Shown here: piece after piece, positions 9,593-19,223 of the stretch | Position numbering within the stretch: position 1 is the first letter of the stretch | Layout: each line of letters begins with the position of its first letter | From: Candidatus Omnitrophota bacterium | GTDB taxonomy: Bacteria > Omnitrophota > Gorgyraeia > Gygaellales > Profunditerraquicolaceae | Reading direction: 5' to 3' | DNA length: 59,912 bases | Assembly: GCA_043797735.1 (NCBI GenBank) | Contig: JAZDPH010000057.1 | Location: forward strand, 1-59,912 | Made by a program: the position numbers and the translations under genes | The notes under the pieces: generated by a model | What the model saw: the letters and a program-made list of their open reading frames with translations, nothing else | What the model was told of the DNA's origin: nothing | Databases searched by the model: none

Positions 9593-11515
9593 TTAAACTT
9601 GAGTTTTTATCTTCTTTAGATACACCATTAATATAGAAATTGCCGCCGGAGTAACCCCGGAAATCCTTGAGGCCTGGCCCAAAACCAGCGGCCGCAAGGC
9701 GGTTAATTTTTCCTTAATCTCCCGCGAAAGCCCGCAGATGCCGGAGTAATCCAGCTCCGGAGGAAGTTTTATCTTTTCCAGGTGCCTGAAACTCTCAACC
9801 TGCTTTTTCTGCCTCTGGATAAAACCGGAATATTTTATTTCGGTCTCAATTAACGCTAATTCCCCCCTCACCCCTTCCCTCTCCCCTTTGGGGAGAGGGA
9901 AGGGGTGAGGGAAATGTGCGTTAGATTTGCGGAAATCTACGTTTAAAAGTATTTGCTCTATATCTTTCAGATGTATCTCGGGCCTCTTTAACAGTTCCTC
10001 CAGGGTAACCGCCTTGCTTATCGGAGAGCTCCCCAGGCGGCAAAGCCCTTCATTGAGAGCAGGGCTGGGCTTTAGGCGACTGGACTTTAAAAAAACAATT
10101 GCTTTACTTAGCGCCTCGGACTTGTTAATTATTTTCTGGTAATCTTTCCTGCTAAGCAAGCCTAAATCATAGCCGATTTTCCCCAGGCGCAGGTCAGCGT
10201 TGTCCTCGCGTAAGATCAACCTGTATTCCACCCGCGAAGTAAACATCCGGTATGGTTCAAGAGTTCCCTTGGTAGTTAAATCATCAATGAGCACTCCGAT
10301 ATAACCGGTGGAGCGGTCTAACACAAGCGGCTCTCTGCCCTTAAGGCGCAAGGATGCGTTAATGCCGGCAACCAGGCCCTGCGCTGCCGCCTCTTCATAA
10401 CCGGTTGTGCCGTTTACCTGCCCGGCAAAGTATAAATTCCTGATTGATTTTGCCTCTAAGCTCGGATTTAACTGCCTCGGTTCAATAACCTCATGCTCTA
10501 TGCCGTAACCGAAACGGATTACCCTGGCCCTCTCCAGGCCCTTTATGGAGTGTAATATTTTAAGCTGCGCCTCTTCAGGCAGGCTGGTAGACAGGCCGTT
10601 AGGATAAATTGCTCGGCTATTTTGCCCTTGCGGCTCTAAAAATATCTGATGCCGCTCTCTGCCGCCGAATTTGACCACTTTATCCTCTATGGATGGACAA
10701 TACCTGACGCCCGTGGCGGTAATTGCCCCGGCGTAAAGCGGAGAGTAGCGCAAATTATCCCTGATAATTTTGTGCGTGTCTTTATTAGTATAGGCAATGT
10801 AACAAGGGGCCTGCCTGCCGGTTAATTTCTTTGAAAAAAAGGAGAATGCCCTCGGCGGGTTATCCCCCTGCTGGATAAGCAGGCCGGAAAAATCTATACT
10901 CTCTTTGTCCAGCCGCGGGCAGGTCCCGGTTTTAAACCGTAAAGTTTCAAAACCCAGCTCCTTTAGATTCTGCGCCAGGAAACAAGAGGCCGGCTCATTG
11001 ATGCGGCCGCCGCTAAAATTTTTTAATCCCACGTGTATCAGGCCGTTGAGGAAGGTCCCCGCGCAGACAACCACAACCCCGGCGTTAATTTCTTCTCCGC
11101 TGGATGTAATTATTCCCTTTACTGTGCTATCCTCCACCGCCATACTCTTGACTTCGGCCTCTTTGACAACAAGGTTCTTCTGGCCGGTAATCAGCCTCTT
11201 CATATAGCGGCGGTAGCTGTCCATATCTATCTGCGCGCGCGAAGATTGCACCGCAGCGCCCTTAGAGGCGTTGAGCATCCTAAATTGCATGCCGCAGGCA
11301 TCGGCTGCCCGGGCCATTACTCCGCCAAGGGCGTCTATCTCCTTAACCAGCTGGCCCTTGCCGACGCCGCCTATGGCCGGGTTACAGCTCATCGCCCCGA
11401 TATTATCCCTGTTTAAAGTCAGAAGCAGCGCCTTATACCCCATACGGGCCGAGGCAGAAGCCGCCTCAATGCCGGCATGCCCGGCGCCGATGACTATGAC
11501 GTCATAATAATTCAT
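9593..11515 (-). CDS. mnmG: tRNA U34 carboxymethylaminomethyl modification enzyme MnmG/GidA
   Basis: GAGHAG.EA, MSCNPAIGG, RYCPSIEDK, GQVNGTTGYEEAAAQG and YRMFTSR motifs. Confidence 0.97.
   Translation of the reverse strand: MNYYDVIVIGAGHAGIEAASASARMGYKALLLTLNRDNIGAMSCNPAIGGVGKGQLVKEIDALGGVMARAADACGMQFRMLNASKGAAVQSSRAQIDMDSYRRYMKRLITGQKNLVVKEAEVKSMAVEDSTVKGIITSSGEEINAGVVVVCAGTFLNGLIHVGLKNFSGGRINEPASCFLAQNLKELGFETLRFKTGTCPRLDKESIDFSGLLIQQGDNPPRAFSFFSKKLTGRQAPCYIAYTNKDTHKIIRDNLRYSPLYAGAITATGVRYCPSIEDKVVKFGGRERHQIFLEPQGQNSRAIYPNGLSTSLPEEAQLKILHSIKGLERARVIRFGYGIEHEVIEPRQLNPSLEAKSIRNLYFAGQVNGTTGYEEAAAQGLVAGINASLRLKGREPLVLDRSTGYIGVLIDDLTTKGTLEPYRMFTSRVEYRLILREDNADLRLGKIGYDLGLLSRKDYQKIINKSEALSKAIVFLKSSRLKPSPALNEGLCRLGSSPISKAVTLEELLKRPEIHLKDIEQILLNVDFRKSNAHFPHPFPLPKGEREGVRGELALIETEIKYSGFIQRQKKQVESFRHLEKIKLPPELDYSGICGLSREIKEKLTALRPLVLGQASRISGVTPAAISILMVYLKKIKTQV
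9863..9911. repeat. CCCTCACCC/CCCTCTCCC palindrome inserted in frame in mnmG
   Basis: ccctcaccccttccctctccc-cttt-gggagagggaaggggtgaggg perfect hairpin, translated as PHPFPLPKGEREGVRG. Confidence 0.85.
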
Positions 11516-11609
11516 ATTAAGTTAATGCATCTTACGAAGGATGATAGATGAAGGACGAGGGACGATAGATGATAAATAAAAAATGATTAAGATACTGATT
11601 ATTTGCTTT

Positions 11610-14600
11610 CTAACACTTGGAGAAACCGCAGGCGTGGCATTTCATACAGCCTTCTTCATGGCGTAATGCCCCGCCGCAATCCGGGCAGACCCCTACGATA
11701 TTCCCGTGGTGGCTAAAGCTAACAACCCCTTTATCGTTGCTATCGCTGTAGGAATGCTTCATCGCCAGCGGCGTATTTTCCAGAGGCGCGGCTGCCGTCT
11801 CGTTATTAATAAGCCTTGTTTCAACAACGCGGGCAATAGCGTCCGCGCAGGAGAATATCCTTTTGCCCTTTTCCCAGGAAGGACTGGGGCAGCGGATATT
11901 GCGTAACTGCTCAATAATAGACTTTACCTCTATCCCGGAACGAAAACCCAGAGAGACCAGGCGCCCGATTGCCTCCAGCTGGGAGGCAGCGCACCCTCCG
12001 GCCTTGCCCATTTGCGTAAAAAGCTCAAACGGCCTTTGTTTCTCGTCCACATTTATGGTAACGTAAAGATTCCCGCAGCCGGTGGAGACCTTTGTGGTTG
12101 TGCCGATAATGACCTCCGGCCGCGGCCGGGGGGCAATCTCTTCTTTTGCCTCCGGTGTTTTTCTTTCTTCTTTTTTATCGGGATTACCTGTATTTAAAAC
12201 CTGCACCTCTCGGCTCTTATCGCGATAAATGGTTATACCCTTGCAGTCCAGCTCGTATGCCAGAAGATATGCCTTCCTTACCTCCTCTACGCCCGCATCG
12301 CTGGGGAAATTTATGGTCTTGGAGGTGGCGTTGTGGACAAATTTTTGAAAGGCCGCCTGCATACGCACGTGCCACTCCGGAGAGATATCATGGGAGGTAA
12401 CAAATACCCTCCTTACCTCAGCCGGGATTTCCTTGATCTCCTGAATGGAAGAACTCTCGGCAATCTTCTCCATCAACTTCCTGCTATAGAAACCCTGCTC
12501 CTTGGCGGCCTCCTCAAATAGCGGGTCAACCTCAACCAGTTTATCGTTATCCATCACCCTGCGATAGTAAGAGATGGCAAACAGCGGTTCGATTCCCGAC
12601 GAACAGGGGCCGGCAATTATGCTGATGGTGCCGGTGGGGGCGATAGTAGTGAGGGTGGCGTTGCGCATCTTTATGGAACTTTCTTTTTTATCGTAAATGC
12701 TGCCGGTAAAAGCCGGAAATGCCCCTTTAGCGCTGCCCAGTTCCATCGACTTCTTGGTTGCCTCTGTTAAAATAAAAGACATTACCTTCTCTGCCAAGAC
12801 AACCGCCTCTTCGCTGTTATAGGCGATGTTGAGACGAATCAGTAAACTTGCCCAACCCATAACCCCTAAGCCAATCTTGCGCGTTAATTTCGTAGCCTCC
12901 TCTATTTTCGGCATGGGGAATTTATTCACATCAATAAGGTTATCCAGGAAATGCACGGCAGAATGCACTACTTCGCCAAGCCTCTTCCAGTCAATCTCGC
13001 TGCCGCCGGAGCCTTTTTTATGCATCTGCGAAAGATTTATGGAGCCCAAGTCGCAGCTTTCATAGGGCAGGAGAATCTGTTCACCGCATTGGTGAGTTAC
13101 TAACCCATTAACGATCATAGAATGGGTAGCAGGCTCAGTCAAATCGTATACATTACGCATGCCAACTTCGTCCACTGATACAATCTTATCAAAGAGCTTT
13201 TCTTCTCTGAAACCTTTAAATCTAACGCTATTTAACCGTGCTTGTTTACGCTTTATAAGAAACCCTATTTCTTTTCTAAATCTTTCGCGGCTAGCGCCAA
13301 AAATGCCCAATTCATATAGATTCCCATCCGATATATAGGTTTTTCTTTCCCCCGCTTTATTTATATATTCAAACATTCCTTTTCTGGCAGGCCTGCTTCG
13401 GTCAAGTAATGTGCTTTTTATGCCTAAATTCAATAATAAAAGCTGTGTCTGCTGCAACAACTTTTTGCTTTTTGATGTTAAGGCAAGCCATGAGCTGTTG
13501 CTTTTGGGATTATCCCTAACACAGCCGTCTGTAGAAAATAGGCCTTGCAAGAAGCCAATTACTGCCTGCTCTGGAGCAGTCAATATACTCTGCGGAACTT
13601 CTTTATTTTGAGACCTTACAACCTTAACGCCAAGGGCTTTAAAAAAATCGACTATTTGCCTGCTGGAATACCCCAACTGAAAAACATCCCTTTCTCTTAG
13701 CGCGCCCTTAACTTTATATTGAGCTATCCTATCCATGAAAGGCTTTATATACTTGAGCCCTTCTATATCTTTTCTCCCAAATGAAAAGGCTACGCAACAA
13801 TGCTTATCATCCCTTATCCATCCATCGCCGATAAGCCACCCTAAGACTATCCCTAATTCTTTTGTCCACTCTAAAGGAAAATCAAATTTATACACTCTTC
13901 CATTTCTCCCTACAACATTGTTTGGTTTTACTACAGGCAGCCTTTTGTCAGAATTAAAATGCCCTTTTGCAGATTGGATTAAAATTTCTTCGCCTATCTT
14001 AATATTTTTAAGGGGAATAAATCCTCTTTTCGTCAATATTTTATGGTCACCGGTTGCATTAAGTTCCAAGCCTATTTTTGTGGTTAATTTAAATACAAAT
14101 CTTTTTCCTACATCCCAAGCATGAGAAATCTCATTTAAGGTTACGCCAATAGTTGGCTTTGTTGCTACGGCTAAAGTAGAGAGAAAATTATAAAAATTGT
14201 CGTTAGGTATTCTGTTATCTGTCAATATTCTCATTTTCCCGCTATCAAAAGCCTTTACTAAATCCTCTATCTTGATTAAACCTTTCTCTGTAGAAACTAA
14301 CGTATCGCCTGCCACGCATGGGTTTGTCGATTCATAAGCCCCCAGCTTCGGCGTGGGGTTCTCGGCGTTCATCCGGTCGATAAATATGATTCCCGGCTCC
14401 CCGTTCTTATGCGCCTGTTTAACTATCAGGTCAAATACCTCTCTGCTATTAATCCGCCCGGCCGCCTTCTTTGTATGCGGGTCAATTAAATCATACGCCT
14501 GTCCTTTTTCCAGCTTCCTCATAAAGTCATCGGTTATCGCCACCGAGATATTAAAATTGGTAATGTGCTTGTCGTTTTCCTTGCAGGTTATAAATTCCAT

Positions 14601-15137
14601 GATGTCGGGATGGTCAACCCTTAAGATGCCCATATTCGCACCCCGGCGGGTACCGCCTTGTTTTACGGCCTCGGTCGCCGCATCATAGACCTTCATAAAA
14701 GAAACCGGGCCGGAGGCAATGCCGCCGGTAGTCTTGACCACCGCATTCTTCGGCCGCAGGCGCGAAAAAGAAAACCCTGTTCCGCCGCCGGACTTATGGA
14801 TCATAGCCGTCGATTTAAGGCTTTCAAATATTGACTCCATAGAATCATCGACGGGCAAAACGAAGCAGGCGGAGAGCTGGCCAAGTTCCTTGCCGGCATT
14901 CATTAACGCGGGCGAATTAGGCATAAATTCTAACTCTGTCATCATCCGGTAAAAATTATCGGATAACTCCTTGACCTCCTTATCGCTTTTGCCGCAATAT
15001 TTATCCGCAAGGGCGATTGCATCTGCTACGCGGCGGAAAAGCTCCTCCGGCTTCTCAATCACCTGGCCCTCTTGGTCCTTCTTAAGATACCTGCGCTCCA
15101 ATACCTTTAATGCATTCTCAGAAAGTTTTAACCCCAT
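11610..15137 (-). CDS. nrdJ: Adenosylcobalamin-dependent (class II) ribonucleotide reductase, intein-interrupted, with C-terminal TSCPD domain and Zn ribbon
   Basis: QLSACF, GGGTG, RRGANM, split TNP/CGEQ, TIAPTGTIS, KGITIYRD and CPDCG...CHACG motifs. Confidence 0.95.
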   Translation of the reverse strand: MGLKLSENALKVLERRYLKKDQEGQVIEKPEELFRRVADAIALADKYCGKSDKEVKELSDNFYRMMTELEFMPNSPALMNAGKELGQLSACFVLPVDDSMESIFESLKSTAMIHKSGGGTGFSFSRLRPKNAVVKTTGGIASGPVSFMKVYDAATEAVKQGGTRRGANMGILRVDHPDIMEFITCKENDKHITNFNISVAITDDFMRKLEKGQAYDLIDPHTKKAAGRINSREVFDLIVKQAHKNGEPGIIFIDRMNAENPTPKLGAYESTNPCVAGDTLVSTEKGLIKIEDLVKAFDSGKMRILTDNRIPNDNFYNFLSTLAVATKPTIGVTLNEISHAWDVGKRFVFKLTTKIGLELNATGDHKILTKRGFIPLKNIKIGEEILIQSAKGHFNSDKRLPVVKPNNVVGRNGRVYKFDFPLEWTKELGIVLGWLIGDGWIRDDKHCCVAFSFGRKDIEGLKYIKPFMDRIAQYKVKGALRERDVFQLGYSSRQIVDFFKALGVKVVRSQNKEVPQSILTAPEQAVIGFLQGLFSTDGCVRDNPKSNSSWLALTSKSKKLLQQTQLLLLNLGIKSTLLDRSRPARKGMFEYINKAGERKTYISDGNLYELGIFGASRERFRKEIGFLIKRKQARLNSVRFKGFREEKLFDKIVSVDEVGMRNVYDLTEPATHSMIVNGLVTHQCGEQILLPYESCDLGSINLSQMHKKGSGGSEIDWKRLGEVVHSAVHFLDNLIDVNKFPMPKIEEATKLTRKIGLGVMGWASLLIRLNIAYNSEEAVVLAEKVMSFILTEATKKSMELGSAKGAFPAFTGSIYDKKESSIKMRNATLTTIAPTGTISIIAGPCSSGIEPLFAISYYRRVMDNDKLVEVDPLFEEAAKEQGFYSRKLMEKIAESSSIQEIKEIPAEVRRVFVTSHDISPEWHVRMQAAFQKFVHNATSKTINFPSDAGVEEVRKAYLLAYELDCKGITIYRDKSREVQVLNTGNPDKKEERKTPEAKEEIAPRPRPEVIIGTTTKVSTGCGNLYVTINVDEKQRPFELFTQMGKAGGCAASQLEAIGRLVSLGFRSGIEVKSIIEQLRNIRCPSPSWEKGKRIFSCADAIARVVETRLINNETAAAPLENTPLAMKHSYSDSNDKGVVSFSHHGNIVGVCPDCGGALRHEEGCMKCHACGFSKC
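13089..14318 (-). mobile_element. Intein (410 aa) with LAGLIDADG homing endonuclease and C-terminal His-Gln
   Basis: Starts CVAGDT after TNP; block B ATGDHKIL; LGWLIGDG and FLQGLFSTDG; VYDLTEP...NGLVTHQ then +1 Cys of CGEQ; more AT-rich than the host gene. Confidence 0.95.
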
Positions 15138-15185
15138 TGCTTTAACGCCCTCCGTAATTTAAACAGGTTTTCTATCGGCTAAACC

Positions 15186-15213
15186 AGCATAGCACAATTC
15201 TGAATGCGGTCAA
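15186..15213 (-). promoter_or_regulatory. Putative sigma70 promoter of nrdJ
   Basis: TTGACC-N16-TATGCT with extended -10 TG on the minus strand. Confidence 0.5.
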
Positions 15214-15219
15214 GAAAAA

Positions 15220-15266
15220 ATACAATATACGGTATTAAAAAAAATCAGCTATACAATAAGTTGTAT
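15220..15266. promoter_or_regulatory. Tandem NrdR boxes
   Basis: ATACAATATACGGTAT (15220-15235) and ATACAATAAGTTGTAT (15251-15266), 31 bp apart, upstream of an RNR gene. Confidence 0.8.
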
Positions 15267-15300
15267 AAAAATTAAACCCTTTTAACCGACGCTGTCTTTG

Positions 15301-16320
15301 TTAAACGTTGCGGCAGGATTCCCTAATCACCAACTCCGTAGGGAGAAAAACTTTTCTTGGCTTTATCTTATCCTTCTGCTTCATAAAGCGCTCCAGCTCC
15401 TTGACCCCTTCCTGGGCCATTTTAATTAATGGCTGCCTGACCGTGCTTAAAGCCACCGAGCCATAAAGCCCGGAGGGATTATCATCAAAGCCCACGATGG
15501 ATAAATCCCCGGGTATGCTCTTGCCCCTCTCCTGCGCTACGTTCATAACCTCCAGCGCCATGGCATCAGAGGCAACAAATACCGCGCTGGGAGGCTCATC
15601 CATCTTTAATAATTTTTCCGCTGCCATCCTTGCCTGGCCGCGCGAATAATCCGTTTTTAATAGGTACTGCGGGCGGAATTCAATATGGTTCTTTTCTAAC
15701 GCCTTTTTATATCCCTCCAGGCGCGCGGCTGCCGCCTGTGTAACCAGGTCTCCGCTTATGTGGGCGATTCTTTTATGGCCCAGGCTTATCAGGTAACTGA
15801 CCGCATTCATCGCCCCGCCTTCATTATCAATGGCGATACAACTGACATCCAGGCCTTCTACGACATTATTTATCACCACACAGGGAATCCCCGCGGCAAA
15901 AGCGCTGTTTAATTGATGGCGGTTGCCGATTAAATCCGCAAAAATTATCCCGCCTACGCCTCTTAAATTAAGCTCAGAGCGCGCATCGGTCAAGTGCAGC
16001 AGTAAATCCAGCTGTAAGGCCTCGCAAAGCGTGCCTATGCCGCGGATAAGCTCAAGCACATAAAAAGAATAAAAAACTCCTTCGTAGCGGGGGATCACCA
16101 ACGCTACAATATTGCTCTTTCCGCTGGCCAGACGCTGTGCAAGAATAGAAGGCTGGAATTTAAGCTCTTTCACCGCCGCCAGTACTTTCTGGCGGTTCTT
16201 TTCTTTAACCGACGGAAATTTATTTATTACTCTGGAAACTGTAGTAATTGATACGCCGCTTAGGCGGGCAACATCTTCTATGGAAACAACCTGGGAGGGG
16301 GCCTTTTTACTGCGTGTCAT
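15301..16320 (-). CDS. LacI family transcriptional regulator
   Basis: SIEDVARLSGVSITTVSRVIN HTH; DLSIVGFDD; LSTVRQP; ELVIRES. Confidence 0.95.
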   Translation of the reverse strand: MTRSKKAPSQVVSIEDVARLSGVSITTVSRVINKFPSVKEKNRQKVLAAVKELKFQPSILAQRLASGKSNIVALVIPRYEGVFYSFYVLELIRGIGTLCEALQLDLLLHLTDARSELNLRGVGGIIFADLIGNRHQLNSAFAAGIPCVVINNVVEGLDVSCIAIDNEGGAMNAVSYLISLGHKRIAHISGDLVTQAAAARLEGYKKALEKNHIEFRPQYLLKTDYSRGQARMAAEKLLKMDEPPSAVFVASDAMALEVMNVAQERGKSIPGDLSIVGFDDNPSGLYGSVALSTVRQPLIKMAQEGVKELERFMKQKDKIKPRKVFLPTELVIRESCRNV

Positions 16321-16374
16321 TTATGAAGACGGGAAATAATTAAATCCGAAATAATGCAAAATAGCCGAGTTCGC

Positions 16375-16499
16375 TGTCATTGCGAGCGAGCGCAGGGAGC
16401 GAAGCAATCCCAAACTTATCGACGAGATTGCTTCGTCAGCCGTCTTCGACGGCTTCCTCGCAATGACGTATAATAGTATTGCGACACAGTCTGAATGAC
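16375..16499. repeat. REP-like palindrome, near-identical to 16-140
   Basis: Direct sequence comparison. Confidence 0.9.
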
Positions 16500-16520
16500 G
16501 AACACGGGCCTCGAACTTAT

Positions 16521-17747
16521 CTAATAAATAATATCCCCAACCTTAATCGGGGACTTTTGTTCTTTTATGTCGCAGGCAGAAACGCTTTTGCTGACCTTAA
16601 TAACTTCAATAATAGCGACGGGTTCCCCGCCCCTGTCCACCTGAAAAGTAGCGCCTACCTTTATACCTGCGTTTTCTCCTAAATCAACAACCACAAAGTT
16701 GCTCTCTTTATTGACGGTCAGAACACTGCCTCTGAATTTAGGAGCCTCTGCCAGCGCTTCTTGCTCGGAGGGAATCGTAATCGTAGCTTTGGTGGTCAGC
16801 TCATCTGCTGTGTCCTGACGAGGATATACCACCACCGGCGGCAGCTCCACAGCTTCCCTGCCTTGGACGGCTGTTTCTTGAGGCTTCATCCGCCCGCTTT
16901 GCTGTGACTTCTGTTGTATAGCCTCCAATTCATTTTTGAGGTCGTTTATCTGGGAGATCTTGTCTACCAGCATAGTTTCCATACTAGTGAGTTGTTCTAC
17001 CAGGCCGCTCTTATCCTGCTGAAGCTGCTGCAGTTTTTTCTCCAGAGCCATCTTCTGTTTATCCAGCCCCTTTAACTGCCGCGCAAGCAGAGCGTTGTCC
17101 TTTTTAAAGGGAACTATCTTTTCTTCAGCCTTAAACCTCCCCTTCTTCTCCCATACTAATTCTTCAGCAATGCTATCCATTATCTTTTTGTTGTATTCAA
17201 TCTGGTGCTGTAACTCCTCTGCCTGGGACTTTAGGCCTTCCATGTCCCTCTCCAGGGCATTTCTGTCTCTTAGTAATTCTTCGTTTTTAATCCGGGCTGT
17301 TTCTAATTCATTACGCAGGTTATCCAGCTGCATCTGTAATTCCGAATTTTGCGTCAATATTGAAGCCCAGTAATCATCGGAACGCTGCGAAATACCCTCC
17401 ATCTGCACAGCTGCTCTCTGGCCCTGAGCCTGAGTTGCCTGCGATTGCATCTTCTCAAGCAACTCCTCCTTGGTCCTGTTGGCCGCCTCATATTTTCTTT
17501 CTAGCTCATTTCTTTCCTGGCTGACGCTGTCTAATTCCCCCTCCAGAGAAGACGCTTTATCTTGGGCCTGGCGCAAGTCGCTATTGATCCTTTCAATCCT
17601 GCTCATTAAGGATACGTTTTCATCCTTTAGGCTATCGCGCTCTTTTATAATTAATTCCTTTGAATTCAGCGTTTGCAGATAAAGAAAAATAAATACGACC
17701 GCAACGCCTATAAAGCCCACTAAAATAAATTTTGCCTTCTCTCCCAT
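16521..17747 (-). CDS. Membrane-anchored coiled-coil protein with C-terminal beta domain
   Basis: N-terminal TM, long heptad region, C-terminal FVVVDLGENAGIKVG. Confidence 0.75.
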   Translation of the reverse strand: MGEKAKFILVGFIGVAVVFIFLYLQTLNSKELIIKERDSLKDENVSLMSRIERINSDLRQAQDKASSLEGELDSVSQERNELERKYEAANRTKEELLEKMQSQATQAQGQRAAVQMEGISQRSDDYWASILTQNSELQMQLDNLRNELETARIKNEELLRDRNALERDMEGLKSQAEELQHQIEYNKKIMDSIAEELVWEKKGRFKAEEKIVPFKKDNALLARQLKGLDKQKMALEKKLQQLQQDKSGLVEQLTSMETMLVDKISQINDLKNELEAIQQKSQQSGRMKPQETAVQGREAVELPPVVVYPRQDTADELTTKATITIPSEQEALAEAPKFRGSVLTVNKESNFVVVDLGENAGIKVGATFQVDRGGEPVAIIEVIKVSKSVSACDIKEQKSPIKVGDIIY

Positions 17748-17813
17748 TTTGCCTCCTTTTTAATTACTCCCTGATATTTTATAGCCCTTCGTATTAAAAA
17801 TTAATCCACTTAC

Positions 17814-19007
17814 CTATGCCTGAGAAAATATTTCCTGCATCAACAGGCTGGCAGCGCCAACGGCCACGGCATTTTCCTTTAACTGGGAATAAATAATTTT
17901 TAAATTATCTCCCGCCTCTTTAAAGGCCCACTCTTTTACCGTAAGGTTTACTTTATTTAAGAACTCTGCTCCGGCTTCCTCCAGCCCGCCGCCGATAATG
18001 ACTACCTCGGGGTTGAGCAAGTTCACTAAAAATGCTATCTTTATCCCCAGCCTCTTTGCCGCCGCCTCCAATACGGAAAGAGCGGTATCGTTTTTTGCGC
18101 GCGCGGCGACAAAAACGCTTTTTAAATCAAGGCTGCCGGCTGTTTTTTCTTTTTCCTGGGAAAGCCTCTTTTTGAACTCGTCTAATATTCCCAGGTCCAT
18201 CTCCCAGCGTTTCATAAAACAGGGATTTCCCTGCTGACAATTAAATTCAGTGTCGCCTTTATAATTAGATATGGATACTTCTCCGGCATAACCCTGCGCG
18301 CCCCGGTAAACCTCTCCGTTAATCATTATACCGCATCCGACCCCGGAAAACATATACAATACGTTTTTAAAACCCGCCCCCAACCCTATCCAGCGTTCGC
18401 CAAAACATGCGCTGGTAGCGTCGTTTTCGATTAGCGCCGGCAGATTAAACTCTTTTTCAATTAAGTCCTTAAGGGGCATCTCCACCGATGCGTACGTACA
18501 CTCCCCGTCGATCTTCTGGGGCCAGAGGACCGAGCCATTCTCTTTATTAATCAGGCCGGCGATGCCGATGCCGATGCCTTTTATCTTAGGACTATAGCCT
18601 TTAGAGCGCGCCAGCACTTCGCGTACAATCTCAAGCACTGTCTCGGAAATCTCTTTTGCCGATGAGCGCGGCCTGGCAATCTGGGTTTTGGTTACAATGT
18701 TGCCTTTTAAATCAACCAGAAGCCCCACCATATTGGTCAGGTTCAGGCCTACCCCGACGACAAAACCGGCCTGCGGGTTCAACTCCAAAAGCACCGGCCT
18801 CCTGCCGCCCTCGGAGACATCAAAATCTTTTTCGTAGACGAGGTTGCGCCTTATAAACTCATCTACGTAATTAGAGATGGTAACGACATTTATGCCCATC
18901 TCTTTGGAGATCTCCGGGCGGCTGATCGGCCCGCGCCTTCGTAAAATCTCCAGAATATCAATGTTACGTTTCTCTTTTTCGGTGTATCCTTCTCTTTGAG
19001 AAAACAT
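17814..19007 (-). CDS. ROK family transcriptional regulator (NagC/XylR-like)
   Basis: N-terminal wHTH with GGRRP; IENDA; GYAGEV; NLLNPEVVIIGG. Confidence 0.93.
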   Translation of the reverse strand: MFSQREGYTEKEKRNIDILEILRRRGPISRPEISKEMGINVVTISNYVDEFIRRNLVYEKDFDVSEGGRRPVLLELNPQAGFVVGVGLNLTNMVGLLVDLKGNIVTKTQIARPRSSAKEISETVLEIVREVLARSKGYSPKIKGIGIGIAGLINKENGSVLWPQKIDGECTYASVEMPLKDLIEKEFNLPALIENDATSACFGERWIGLGAGFKNVLYMFSGVGCGIMINGEVYRGAQGYAGEVSISNYKGDTEFNCQQGNPCFMKRWEMDLGILDEFKKRLSQEKEKTAGSLDLKSVFVAARAKNDTALSVLEAAAKRLGIKIAFLVNLLNPEVVIIGGGLEEAGAEFLNKVNLTVKEWAFKEAGDNLKIIYSQLKENAVAVGAASLLMQEIFSQA

Positions 19008-19117
19008 TTCCCGCCCTTTAAAAGTTCTTATAATTAAATTATAATAAGTCCTTATGGTTATTAATATTAGTTATACTACAAAAGGGGATTAAGTCAAGAA
19101 AAATTTGCCTGAAAATC

Positions 19118-19213
19118 AGATTGCTTCGCCCCTACGGGGCTCGCAATGACGCAAATCTTGTCATTGCGAGGAGCGACCCCGAGCAACGCGAGGGGGCGCG
19201 ACGAAGCAATCTC
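19118..19213. repeat. REP-like pair (GTCATTGCGAG family, reversed order)
   Basis: agattgcttcg...ctcgcaatgac gcaaatctt gtcattgcgag...gaagcaatct. Confidence 0.85.
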
Positions 19214-19223
19214 CGTCCCTGGC

